This document shows, in pieces, positions 7,978 through 18,304 of a DNA stretch of 39,918 nt. The translations under genes were made by a program, and so were the position numbers. This stretch comes from Pseudomonadota bacterium (GTDB lineage Bacteria; Pseudomonadota; Gammaproteobacteria; Steroidobacterales; Steroidobacteraceae): positions 1 through 39,918 of the forward strand of contig JAFEGC010000001.1 in NCBI GenBank assembly GCA_018240265.1, read 5' to 3'. How positions within the stretch are numbered: position 1 is the first letter of the stretch; every line of letters begins with the position of its first letter. The notes beneath the pieces were generated by a model. The model was not told the origin of the DNA and made no database searches. It saw nothing but the letters and a program-made list of their open reading frames with translations.

Positions 7978-9167
7978 TTGGATTTTTCCTGAAGCAGTTC
8001 CCTGCCGATGATGAGTTTTTGAACTTCGCTCGCACCCTCGTAGATGCGCAGGCTCCGTATGTCACGGTATAGCCGCTCCAGCACCTCGCCACGTACCACG
8101 CCGCGGCCGCCGAACATCTGCAGCGCACGATCGATGATCCACTGCGCCGACTCGGTGGCGGTGAGCTTGGCCATGGCCGCCTCGCGCGTCACGTTTTCGC
8201 CGCGGTCGCGCAGCCACGCGGCGCGGTAGGTAAGCAGCGCCGCCGCATCGATCTGGCAGGCCATGTCCGCCAGCGCCGCCTGGGTCAACTGGAAATCCGC
8301 CAGCGTGCCGCCGAACATGCGGCGCGCCTTGGCATGCGCCAGCGCCTCGTCCAGCGCGCGGCGCGCGAAGCCCAGGGCCGCGGCGGCCACAGTGGTTCGG
8401 AACACGTCCAGCGTGCGCATCGCGATCTTGAACCCCTGCCCCTCCTCGCCGATACGCTGCGCGGCAGCGATGCGACAATCCTGGAAGGCCAGGCGCGCCA
8501 TCGGGTGCGGTGCGATCAGATCGATGCGCGAGGCGACGGACAGGCCGGGCGCATCGGCATCCACCACGAAGGCGGAGATGCCCTGCGCGCCGATGCTGCC
8601 GTTGGCACGACGCTCACCTTCGGCGGTGCGCGCGAACACGCAGTAGAAGTCGGCAATGCCGCCGTTGGAGATCCAGGTCTTCTCGCCCGCGAGCCGGTAG
8701 GCATCGCCCTCGCGCCGCGCCCGCAACTGCATGGCGGCCACATCCGAGCCCGCCTGCGGTTCGGACAGTGCGAAGGCTGCGATGGCCTCGCCACGCGCCA
8801 CGCGCGGCAGATAACGGCGCTGCAGCGCCGGATCCGCGGCCAGCGACAGTGCGCCGCTCCCCAACCCCTGCATGGCGAAGGCGAAATCCGCCAGCCCGTC
8901 GTGGTAGGCCAGGGTTTCGCGGATCAGGCCGATGGCGCGCGCGTCGAACTCCTGCAGTGCGCCGCCGAATTCACGGCGCACGCAGTAGCGCGTGAAGCCA
9001 GCCTCGCCCAGTGCACGTACCAGCCCGCGGCAATGCGCGTCGGCGGCCGGGCCGTCCTCCGGATGCTCCGTTCCGAGCGAGCGTTTCGCCCAGGCGCCGA
9101 TGTCATGCGCGAGCTGGCAGTGCGCGGCGTCGAAGAACGGCCAGTCGGTGTGGTTTGCGAGCCGCAT
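7974..9167 (-). CDS. Acyl-CoA dehydrogenase
   Basis: The track ORF 7974-9668 is over-extended; ATG at 9167 ([13 protein letters not shown]...) gives a typical ~397-aa ACAD. It has [16 protein letters not shown] and a C-terminal IYEGASEVQ catalytic-Glu region. The start overlaps the stop of the hydratase (TGATG). Confidence 0.9.
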   Translation of the reverse strand: MRLANHTDWPFFDAAHCQLAHDIGAWAKRSLGTEHPEDGPAADAHCRGLVRALGEAGFTRYCVRREFGGALQEFDARAIGLIRETLAYHDGLADFAFAMQGLGSGALSLAADPALQRRYLPRVARGEAIAAFALSEPQAGSDVAAMQLRARREGDAYRLAGEKTWISNGGIADFYCVFARTAEGERRANGSIGAQGISAFVVDADAPGLSVASRIDLIAPHPMARLAFQDCRIAAAQRIGEEGQGFKIAMRTLDVFRTTVAAAALGFARRALDEALAHAKARRMFGGTLADFQLTQAALADMACQIDAAALLTYRAAWLRDRGENVTREAAMAKLTATESAQWIIDRALQMFGGRGVVRGEVLERLYRDIRSLRIYEGASEVQKLIIGRELLQEKSK

Positions 9168-9996
9168 CAGTTGCCCTGGAACCGTGGGCGCTGTTTGGCC
9201 GCGAACGCCTCGAACGCGCGGCGGAAATCCTCGGTCTTCATGCACAACGCCTGCGCCTGCGCCTCGGACTCGATGGCCTGATCCAGCCCCATGTTCCATT
9301 CCTGGTTCAGCATGGTCTTGGTGATACCGTGCGCGAAGGTGGGACCGGCGGTGAGCGACTGCGCCAGCGACTGCGCCTCCTTCTGCAGCTCCTCGCCCGC
9401 GATCAACCGGCTGTAGAAGCCGCAGGCCAGCGCCTCCTCCGCCGGCACGCCGCGCCCCGACAACAGCCACTCGGCGGCACGGCCGTGGCCGATGAGCCGC
9501 GGCAGGATGGCGCAGGCGCCCATGTCGCAGCCGGCAAGGCCGACGCGCGTGAACAGGAAGGCGGTCTTGGAATCCGGCGTGGACAGGCGGATGTCCGAGC
9601 ACATGGCGAGGATGGCGCCGGCACCGGCGCACACGCCTTCCACTGCGGCGATCACCGGCTGCGGGCAACCGCGGATGGCCTTGACCAGATCGCCGGTCAT
9701 GCGCGTGAAGTCCAGGATTTCCGGCATGCTCATGCGCGTGAGCGGACCGATGATCTCGTGCACATCGCCCCCCGAGCAGAAGTTGCCGCCGGCACCGGCC
9801 AGCACCACCACCTTGACGTCGGTGGCATAGACCAGGCGCCGGAACAGGTCGCGCAGTTCGGCATAGCTGTCGAAAGTCAGCGGATTCTTACGATCGGGCC
9901 GATTCAGCGTCGCCCAGCCGATGGCATCGCGCACCTCCCAGCGAAAATGCCGCGCCTGATAGCCCGCCAACGATTGTTTGCCCACATCCATCTCAC

Positions 9997-10000
<4 letters not shown>
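9167..10000 (-). CDS. Enoyl-CoA hydratase/isomerase (crotonase) family protein
   Basis: Crotonase pattern: [17 protein letters not shown]...[17 protein letters not shown]...[17 protein letters not shown] chose GTG 10000 because GGAGGAG lies 7 nt upstream and it overlaps the SDR stop (GTGA). The alternative start is ATG 9991. Confidence 0.86.
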
Positions 10001-10778
<778 letters not shown>

Positions 10779-10782
<4 letters not shown>

Positions 10783-13061
10783 ACCGGCCCCACCGCGGTC
10801 GCCGCGCGTTCCGCATTGCGCTCGGCCTGGCTCTTGGCCGACAGGTAGGGCAGCGGCCAAGCCTGTCGCGCATAACCCTGCTGCGCCGCCTGCTGCAGCG
10901 ACCACGACGGGTTGGCCAGGTGCGGGCGCGCCAGCGCGCACAGGTCGGCACGGCCCGCCGCGATGATGGAATTCACGTGATCGGCCTCGTAGATATTGCC
11001 CACCGCGATGGTTGGCACCTGCAGCGTGTTGCGCACCAGATCCGAGAACGGCGTCTGATACATGCGCCCGTAGACCGGTCGTTGCGTGGGTACCGTCTGG
11101 CCGGTGGAAATGCCCAGGATATCCGCGCCCGCATCGGTGAGCGCGCGCGCGATGGCCAATAGATCCGCCTCACTCAGACCCTGCGGCGCCCAATCGCAGG
11201 CCGACAGACGCACGCTCAGGGGTTTGTGCGCGGGCCAGGCTGCGCGCACCGCCGCCAGCACCTGCAGCGGGAACCGCACGCGGTTCTGCACGCTGCCGCC
11301 GAACTCATCGGTGCGGTGATTGGTGAGCGGCGAGAGGAAGCTCGCCAGCAGGTAACCGTGCGCCATGTGCAGTTCCAGCATGTCGAAACCGGCCTCATGA
11401 CCGCGCCGCGCCGCGCCGGCGAAATCCGCGGTGATGCGCTGCATGTCGGTGTCATCCATGACCTTCGGTGTCTGGCTGATGCCCGGCAGGTAAGGCAGCG
11501 CCGAGGGCGCGCACAGCGGCCAGTTGCCCGCGGGCAGCGGATGATCGGCCTGCTGCCATCCCAGCTGGGTGGAACCCTTGCGGCCGGCGTGCCCGATCTG
11601 CAGGCAGAACCGTGCCGCGCTTTCGGCGTGCACGAAATCCACGATGCGCTGCCAGGCGCGCATCTGCTCCTCGTTCCAGATGCCGGTGCAGCCCGGCGAG
11701 ATGCGCGCATCGGCCGAGGTGCAGGTCATCTCGGTGAACAGGAGTCCTGCGCCGCCGACGGCGCGGCTGCCGTAGTGAACCAGATGCCAGTCTCCCGGCA
11801 CGCCATCCACGGCGCGATACTGCGCCATGGGCGAGACCACCACGCGATTGTCCAGCCGCATGCCGCGCAGGGAAAACGGCAGGAACATGGGCGGGCGCGA
11901 CTCGTCCACGCGGTTGCGTCGTGCCAGATCCGCCTCCACCTCGGCGATGAAGCGCGCATCACGAACTTTCAGATTCGCGTGGCCGATGCGCTGCGAGCCC
12001 GACAGCAGGCTGTAGGTGAACTGCAGTGGGTCAAGATCCTGGTAACGCGCCACGTTCTCGAACCACTCCATGCGATTGCGCGCGGCAGCTTGCAGCTTCA
12101 GCGCCTCGATGCTGCGCTCGGACTGGTAGCTGGCCAGACCCGCCGGCACATCGGTGGCGCGCGCCAGGTGATGCACCAGCGAAATCGCATCTTCCATGGC
12201 GAGCTTGGTGCCCGAACCGATGGAAAAGTGCGCGGTGTGCGCGGCATCGCCGATCAGCACGCGGTTGCCGGCATACCAGCGCTCGCACACGATGCGGTTG
12301 AAATTGAGCCAGGCCGAGCCGCGCAGATGCCGCGCGTTGGAGATCAGCTTTTCGCCGCCCAGATAGCGCGCGAACAGCCGTTCGCAGAAGTCGATGGACT
12401 GCTGCGTGTCTGCCTGATCCAGGCCATGTGCCTGCCAGGTCTGCTCGCGGGTCTCGACGATGACGGTGGACAGGTCGCTGCTGAACTGATAGGCGTGAAT
12501 CTGGAACCAACCGTGCTCGGTTTTCTCGAAGGCGAAGGTGAAGGCGTCGAACTTCTGCCGGGTGCCCAGCCAGATGAAGCGGCACTTGCGCACGTCGATG
12601 TCGGGTTTGAACACGTCCTGATGGCGCGCGCGGGTCTTGCTGTTCACGCCCTCGGCGACCACCACCAGGTCGGCGCCGTCGAACTGCGCATCGTCGTCCA
12701 GTTCCACCTGGAAGCGTTGGATCACGCCCAGCTCGGCCGCGCGCTCCTGCAGGATGTTCAGCAGCTTCTTGCGCGCGATGCCGGCGAAGCCGTGGCCGCT
12801 GGTGCGGATGGAGCGGCCCTTGAAATGCACGTCGATGTCGTCCCAGTGGTAGAAGTTCTCCACGATGCGCGCATGCGAGGGTTCGTCCGCCGCGGCGAAG
12901 TTGCCCATGGTCTTGTCGGAGAACACCACGCCCCAGCCGAAGGTGTCGTCCGACTGGTTACGCTCGTACACTTCCACCCGGGCGGCGGGCAGCGCTTTTT
13001 TGAACAAGATGGCGCAGTACAGACCGGCCGGTCCACCGCCCATGGCGACGATGCGTTTCAT
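10779..13061 (-). CDS. Bifunctional aryl-CoA monooxygenase/reductase (2-aminobenzoyl-CoA monooxygenase/reductase or salicylyl-CoA 5-hydroxylase type): N-terminal FAD monooxygenase fused to a C-terminal OYE-like reductase
   Basis: 760 aa. The N-terminus [20 protein letters not shown] carries GxGxxG, and [22 protein letters not shown] is a flavin-monooxygenase motif. The C-terminal half is OYE-like ([40 protein letters not shown]). This fusion architecture is characteristic of that enzyme family. Confidence 0.9.
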
Positions 13062-13106
13062 GGCGTGATTATAGGCTCAAGGCATATCATTTTAAACCTG
13101 AAATAA
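13062..13106 (-). promoter_or_regulatory. 45-bp AT-rich intergenic island with a perfect TATAAT 6 nt upstream of the monooxygenase ATG; candidate internal (possibly leaderless) promoter
   Basis: Minus-sense read: TAA-TTATTTCAGGTTTAAAATGATATGCCTTGAGCCTATAATCACGCC-ATG. TATAAT is at 13068-13073. A TTTAAA -35-like hexamer lies 17 nt upstream (13091-13096). There is no SD between the -10 and the ATG. Confidence 0.3.
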
Positions 13107-14621
13107 TTAGGCGGACCCCGCCAGGCGCAGGTTTGCGATCGCGGCGGCGAGCTTGGCGCCACTGTCGTCGGATAACGCCGCCTCGCGCAACGCCCGCACC
13201 TGCTGGGCGCCGCGGCCGCTACCGACCAAGCCCTCCGCCAAGGCGCAGATCTCCCCGAACGAGCGCCAGCCGCGCTCGTGCGTCGAGCCATAACCCTTGA
13301 CCAGGTTCTGGCACTCGGCCACTTCCACCGCCAGCGCGTAATCGCTCCCCGCCAGTCCGCGGATCTGACTCAACCACTGTTCGATGCGCGCGTTCTCGGT
13401 GACGTAACGCAGCGTACCGCGGCGCAGGCGGCGCAGGCTCGCCAGCACGCGCAACGACAGAAAGCCGCTGATGCTGGACGTGCAAACGCGTCTGCCTGAG
13501 GTGAAGCGCGACAGGAAACGCGAGGCGCGGGGCGAGGCCAGCAGGCGACGGCCCAGGGCCGCCGGGAGCGTGGCGCAGATTTCCTCCACCTGCGGCTTGA
13601 CGAACTCGTTCACGCGCACGAGATCGGTGGGCGCCGCACGTACCTCTGCGCGGATCTGCTCGAAGCGGCCGGCGCGGGTTTTCACCTGCGCCACGCGCAT
13701 CACGTCCTCGAAGCTCATCCACAGCGCCAGCGAACGCGCCACCACCTCAGTGAGCCGCGTCGATTCGTTGGGACGCGGCTCCCGCCGCAGCATGTCGGCG
13801 ATGCGATCCAGGTACAGACCCGCGTAGCGGGCGTCCTGGTAATCCACCAGTCGCGCCACCGCGCGGGTCAGCAGCTCGTGCAAGGGCGACGGAAACTCGC
13901 CGGCGATGCGCGCCGTCAAGTCATCAGCCAGACGCGCGGACACAGCGAACGCGGTGTTCCCGGCGGTGGACGCCGGCTTCACGCCCGTGCCTGCTTTCGC
14001 CGCAGCCGCCGCGACGCGTCCCGCCTCGAACGCCAGCAGGCTGGCTTCGACACCGACACCGGATTCACGAATCGCCGCCTGAAAATGCCGTGTCTCCCAC
14101 GGCAGGACGCCGCTGCCGGCGATGGCGCCGAAAATCACCGCGCTGATGCGCCCGCCGGCGCGCTCCGCCACCGCCGCCATGTCGAAGGTCACCAGACGTG
14201 CGGCGGCCGAGGCTGCGCCCGCCAGCAGCTCCGTTTCGGAAGCGCGGCCATCGCCCAGCGAGGATTTCTCGCCGATGGTGTAGTCACGATGCGTCGAGGC
14301 GATGAGCGTGGTGCGCTCGGGAGTGACCAGGCCGCGGTTGATGGCGCGGCCCGCTTCCAGCAGTTCGGAGGCGACCACGATGTCTACGTCGCCGGGGCTG
14401 GGCATCAGCGCCATCACCGGCTCGCGCCCGTCGCGCAGCGCCGAGCGCGGAAAGAACTCCAGGTAGTAGATGGTGGCGCCGGTGCGCTGCGCCACTCCGG
14501 GTACCGAGGTGGCCTGCGCGAGATAGTCGGCGCTGCGCGCCGTCAGCACCAGCCAATCGGTGACCACGCCGCCGCCCTGCCCGCCCAGCGCGGCGACGGT
14601 GAGGGTGATGGGCCGGGTCAT
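13107..14621 (-). CDS. iorB: Indolepyruvate/2-oxoacid:ferredoxin oxidoreductase, beta (IorB-like) subunit
   Basis: Internal ATG 14621 (MTRPITLTVAALGGQGGGVVTDWL...) with GGAG 5 nt upstream. The N-terminal GGQG nucleotide/CoA-type motif is typical of the IorB/gamma domain. The ATG overlaps the iorA stop (ATGA). Confidence 0.88.
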   Translation of the reverse strand: MTRPITLTVAALGGQGGGVVTDWLVLTARSADYLAQATSVPGVAQRTGATIYYLEFFPRSALRDGREPVMALMPSPGDVDIVVASELLEAGRAINRGLVTPERTTLIASTHRDYTIGEKSSLGDGRASETELLAGAASAAARLVTFDMAAVAERAGGRISAVIFGAIAGSGVLPWETRHFQAAIRESGVGVEASLLAFEAGRVAAAAAKAGTGVKPASTAGNTAFAVSARLADDLTARIAGEFPSPLHELLTRAVARLVDYQDARYAGLYLDRIADMLRREPRPNESTRLTEVVARSLALWMSFEDVMRVAQVKTRAGRFEQIRAEVRAAPTDLVRVNEFVKPQVEEICATLPAALGRRLLASPRASRFLSRFTSGRRVCTSSISGFLSLRVLASLRRLRRGTLRYVTENARIEQWLSQIRGLAGSDYALAVEVAECQNLVKGYGSTHERGWRSFGEICALAEGLVGSGRGAQQVRALREAALSDDSGAKLAAAIANLRLAGSA

Positions 14622-16732
14622 AGGCGCTCCGGCGCAGGCGCGGCACGGCCACCCAACAGCCGGATGATGCCCATGCGCAACGCGTGCACGAAGCGATCCC
14701 AGCCTGAAGGGTTCTGGATGATGTCGGCGCGATAGAACGACGGACACAGCACCGCCGCGTGCGCCACTTCGCCGCACACCCCGCAGCCCACGCAGGAATT
14801 GTCCACGTAGGCCACCGGATCACGCCGCAGCGGATCGGGATGGGTCTTGATGGTCAGCGAAGGACAGCCCGACAGGCGCACGCAGGAGTGGTCGCCGGTG
14901 CAGACGTCGGCGTCCACGCCGAAGCGCTCACGTACCACGCGCTTACCCTGCCCCACCAGTTTCTTCAGGAGCGGCGCGATGCGCCGCTGGCGATTCAACT
15001 GGCACTCGCCCTCGGCGATGATGATCTTCGGACCGACGAAGCGGGTCTGCAGCGCCTCCTTCAGCACGCTCATGGCCTGGCGCATGTCGTAGGTGCGGAT
15101 GGTGCGCACCCATTCCACGCCCACGCCGCGCACCGCCGTCTCGATGCGGTTGCGCGCGTGCCGGTTCTTCACCTCGGCGCTGGAGGAGGGAATGTACTGG
15201 CCGCCGGTGGCGGCTGAGTAGCCGTTGTCGACGATGATGGTTACGCCGTCGTGCTGGTTGAACACGGCGTTGCCGATGCCGCTGGTCAGGCCGTTGTGCC
15301 AAAAGCCGCCGTCGCCCATCAGGGACAGGGCGCGGCGCTCGTTGGGAATGTTGAAGGACGCGCCGCTGGCCGCGCCCAGGCCATAACCCATGATGCTGCC
15401 GCCGATGTCGAAGGGTGGGAGCGTGGCGAAGGAATGGCAGCCGATGTCCGCACTGACCTGCATCGGGCCCAGCTCGCGCGCCAATAGCTTCATCGAGGCG
15501 AACAACGGCCGCTCCGGGCATCCGGTGCACAGGCCGGAGGGACGCAGGGGCACGTTGCGGATGAGCTGCGTCGCGGGCAGCAAAGGCTTCGCCTGCTCGG
15601 GCAGGAAGCCATATTCACCCAGGAACTGGCGCAGGCCCGCGAACAGCACCGCACCGGTGTACTCGCCGGCCATGGGCAGCGGCCCCTTGCCCACGATGCG
15701 CGTCTGCAAGTCTGCCTTACGCAGGAACAGGCTGGCCGCCTGTTCGATGAACTCGGGTTGGCCCTCCTCGACGATCAGGATGGCGCGCTTGCCGGTGGCG
15801 AAACGCACGAACTCCTCGCCCAGCAACGGATAGGTCGCGTTCAGCACATATAGCGGGATCTGCGACTCGCCGAACACATCGGCGAGCCCGAGCCGTTCCA
15901 GTGTGCGCAGCACGGTGTTGTACAAACCGCCCTGCAGCACGATGCCGATGTCGGCCTTGCCGTCCGCGAAGAACTCGTTCATGCCGCGCTCGCGGATGAA
16001 CTTCTCGGCCGCCGGCCAGCGCTGCTCGATCTTGGCCCGCTCCTGCGCGTAAGTGGAAGGAGGCAGGATGATGCGGTCAAAGGTGCGCGTCGGATGGTCC
16101 ATGGCCTGGCGCAGCGTGAACGGCGGGCGGCGGTTGTCCTTGGTGCGAAAGCGCCCCACCACGTGGCAGGCGCGGATGCGCATCATCAGCATGACCGGCG
16201 TGTTGCTGGCCTCCGACAGCTCGAAGCCCTGTTCCACAGCCTGCACCAGGCAGGGCAGGTTCGGCCGCGGGTCCAGGAGCCAGATCTGCGACTTCATGGC
16301 GAAGGCGTGGGTGCGCTCCTGCATGATGCTGGCGCCCTCGCCGTAGTCCTCGCCCAGCACGATGAGCGCGCCACCCACTACGCCGGCGGAGGCGAGGTTG
16401 GACAGCGCGTCCGAGGCTACATTGGTGCCGACCGTGGACTTCCAGGTCACCGCACCGCGAATGGGATAGTTCACCGAGGCGGCGAGCATGGCCGCGGCGG
16501 TGGCCTCGTTGGCCGAGGACTCGAAGTGCACGCCCAGCTCGCCCATGATGTCGGTGGCATCCGCCAGCACGTCCATGAGATGGGACACCGGCGCGCCCTG
16601 GTAGCCGCCGACATAGCCCACGCCCGACTGCAGCAGCGCCTTGGTGACGGCGAGAATGCCCTCGCCCTCGAACAATTCGCCGGCGCCGAGCCGCAAGGAC
16701 TCCACTTCTTTCGCAAACGATCGCTCAGCCAT
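14618..16732 (-). CDS. iorA: Indolepyruvate/2-oxoacid:ferredoxin oxidoreductase, alpha (IorA-like) subunit; TPP- and 4Fe-4S-binding
   Basis: ATG 16732 (MAERSFAKEVESL...); the track start at 16750 is a GTG. TPP motif MGDGGFWHNG. C-terminal ferredoxin-type Cys clusters CTGDHSCVRLSGCPS and CVGCGVCGEVAHAAVLCPS. Confidence 0.9.
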   Translation of the reverse strand: MAERSFAKEVESLRLGAGELFEGEGILAVTKALLQSGVGYVGGYQGAPVSHLMDVLADATDIMGELGVHFESSANEATAAAMLAASVNYPIRGAVTWKSTVGTNVASDALSNLASAGVVGGALIVLGEDYGEGASIMQERTHAFAMKSQIWLLDPRPNLPCLVQAVEQGFELSEASNTPVMLMMRIRACHVVGRFRTKDNRRPPFTLRQAMDHPTRTFDRIILPPSTYAQERAKIEQRWPAAEKFIRERGMNEFFADGKADIGIVLQGGLYNTVLRTLERLGLADVFGESQIPLYVLNATYPLLGEEFVRFATGKRAILIVEEGQPEFIEQAASLFLRKADLQTRIVGKGPLPMAGEYTGAVLFAGLRQFLGEYGFLPEQAKPLLPATQLIRNVPLRPSGLCTGCPERPLFASMKLLARELGPMQVSADIGCHSFATLPPFDIGGSIMGYGLGAASGASFNIPNERRALSLMGDGGFWHNGLTSGIGNAVFNQHDGVTIIVDNGYSAATGGQYIPSSSAEVKNRHARNRIETAVRGVGVEWVRTIRTYDMRQAMSVLKEALQTRFVGPKIIIAEGECQLNRQRRIAPLLKKLVGQGKRVVRERFGVDADVCTGDHSCVRLSGCPSLTIKTHPDPLRRDPVAYVDNSCVGCGVCGEVAHAAVLCPSFYRADIIQNPSGWDRFVHALRMGIIRLLGGRAAPAPERL

Positions 16733-16779
16733 GGCACGCCCCCGCTTCACGTCCGGCGATGCGCCGGATCATGCCCGGA

Positions 16780-16808
16780 ACTACACGTACATTCACGTGA
16801 AAAGTCAA
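16780..16808 (-). promoter_or_regulatory. Candidate sigma70-type promoter of the iorA operon with a perfect 10-bp palindrome (TTCACGTGAA) in the spacer; likely MarR operator
   Basis: Minus-sense read: TTGACT (16803-16808), 17 nt, TGTAGT (16780-16785). Palindrome TTCACGTGAA is at 16792-16801. A second perfect inverted repeat, TCCGGCG-N3-CGCCGGA, is at 16752-16768 in the 5' leader. The region lies between divergent iorA and marR. Confidence 0.4.
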
Positions 16809-16843
16809 GCAATCCGCGGGGCGCTTTGCGCGTGGCACAAAAG

Positions 16844-17365
16844 ATGGCAGTATCGCGCGCAATGAAACCGGCCAGAAAACCGGCGCGGGCGCGCCGTGCA
16901 GACGCGAAACTCCTGGCGGACCCGGCCTACGCGCGGTTCCTGCTGGACGACTCGCCCTTCTATCTCATCGCCCGCACCGGCGGCCGCTACAATCTCGACA
17001 TGCAGCGCATCATGAAGTCCGTGGACATGGACGTGCCGCGCTGGCGCGCGCTGATGATCCTGCGTGAGCGCAATCCCTCCAGCGTGTCGGAAATCGCCGA
17101 GCGCACGGTGATCCAGCTGTCCACGGTGACGCGCGTGGTGCAGCGCCTGCAACGGCAGGGCCTGGTGAAGCTGGCCAGCCGCAAATCCGATGCGCGCAAG
17201 ACCGACGTCACGCTCACGCCACGGGGCGAACAGGCGGTGCAGCAGGTGCGCAAATGCGCCAGCCGCATCTACCGGCTGGCTTTCCACGACTTCTCGGCCC
17301 GCGAGATCGAAGCCCTGAACACCCTGCTGCGCCGAGTCTACGCCAACCTCGACCTGCGGCTCTGA
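16844..17365 (+). CDS. MarR-family transcriptional regulator
   Basis: This is the C-terminal 173 aa of track ORF 16094-17365; the upstream part is antisense to iorA. Winged-helix pattern: RWRALMILRERNPSSVSEIAERTVIQLSTVTRVVQRLQRQGLVKLASRKSDARKTDVTLTPRG. ATG 16844, with an alternative at 16862. Confidence 0.87.
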   Translation: MAVSRAMKPARKPARARRADAKLLADPAYARFLLDDSPFYLIARTGGRYNLDMQRIMKSVDMDVPRWRALMILRERNPSSVSEIAERTVIQLSTVTRVVQRLQRQGLVKLASRKSDARKTDVTLTPRGEQAVQQVRKCASRIYRLAFHDFSAREIEALNTLLRRVYANLDLRL

Positions 17366-17379
17366 CCGCCGCGCCCTTC

Positions 17380-18165
17380 TTACCCCGCCGGCACCAACGC
17401 CAGCACCCGCAGCGGGCTGCCCGAGCCGTTGACGATTTTCAGCGGCGGAGCGATGACCATCGCGCCAGTGGGTGGCAGCTGGTCGAGATTGGTAAGACTG
17501 GCCAGGCCGAACTTGTTGCTACCGTGCATCAGGGTATGGCAGGGGAACATGGGATCGAAATTGGAGGCCTGGCCCGCGTCGGTGCCGACCGTTTCCACAC
17601 CCACGCCCAGCACGTCGCGCTGCTTGGCCAGGAATTCCACCGCCGACTTGTGAAAGCCCGGCGTGTGCGCGCCGTCCTGCTTGATATTAAGGTAATCCTG
17701 CGGGTTTGCGCGTTTGGACCAGTCGGTGCGCACCAGTACCCAGGACTTGGGTGTGATGCGCGCATGGCGCTTCTCCCAGCTCTGCACGCCCTCCTCGTTG
17801 AGCAGGAAATCCGGATTGGCCGCCACTTCCTTGGCCACGTCGATGACGAAGGCCGGACCGATGAACCGCTCCACCGGAATATTGTGAGTGGCGTTGTTGG
17901 GATAGTCCTTGCCGGTGACCCAGTGGATGGGCGCGTCGAAGTGCGTGCCGGTGTGCTCGCCGCAGGCAATGTTGTTCCAGTACCAACCCGGCCCGCGCTC
18001 GTCGTAACGGGAAATCTCCTGCATCGAGAATGGCTTCGACGGTGCGAAAATCGGCGGCAGCTGGATGACGGGTGTGGCCGCCTGCAGCGGCTGGGTGAGA
18101 TCCACCACCTTGACTGCGCCGCTCGCCAGCGCCTGCAGCAGGGCTTCCAACGCATTGCCGGCCAT
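17380..18165 (-). CDS. Cyclase-family metal hydrolase (kynurenine formamidase / isatin hydrolase fold)
   Basis: 261 aa. Signature HTGTHFDAPIHW (HxGTHxDxPxH). AGGAG SD lies 8 nt upstream of ATG 18165. The gene is convergent with marR with a 14-nt gap. Confidence 0.87.
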   Translation of the reverse strand: MAGNALEALLQALASGAVKVVDLTQPLQAATPVIQLPPIFAPSKPFSMQEISRYDERGPGWYWNNIACGEHTGTHFDAPIHWVTGKDYPNNATHNIPVERFIGPAFVIDVAKEVAANPDFLLNEEGVQSWEKRHARITPKSWVLVRTDWSKRANPQDYLNIKQDGAHTPGFHKSAVEFLAKQRDVLGVGVETVGTDAGQASNFDPMFPCHTLMHGSNKFGLASLTNLDQLPPTGAMVIAPPLKIVNGSGSPLRVLALVPAG

Positions 18166-18304
18166 GAGTCGATCTCCTGAAGTTTGAAGTTGAACGTGGG
18201 AACCTTATGAATACCGCGCGGCCATGGGCTACGCGCACGCACCGCCGCGCGTCCTGCGCTATTCTATTCCAGCCCCGGCGCCTTTCAAGCTTAAAGGAAT
18301 TCGC

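Noticed and set aside
9168-9668. N-terminal extension of the acyl-CoA dehydrogenase ORF (track start 9668). There are similar extensions on arginase (1089), SDR (10941), iorB (14777), Rieske (21074), the protease (23858), the DUF4382 lipoprotein (4336) and the dipeptidase (18224).
   Set aside because: The extensions overlap the upstream gene and are compositionally junk. Internal starts give canonical protein lengths, signal peptides, or SD and stop/start coupling.
16094-16843. N-terminal 250 codons of the 423-aa track ORF 16094-17365.
   Set aside because: This part is antisense to iorA and Arg/His/Gly-rich. Only the C-terminal 173 aa, from ATG 16844, form a MarR fold.
18178-18191. Tandem direct repeat TGAAGTT-TGAAGTT in the cyclase/dipeptidase divergent region.
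   Set aside because: It is only two 7-nt copies next to the cyclase SD. That is too short to distinguish from chance without comparative data.
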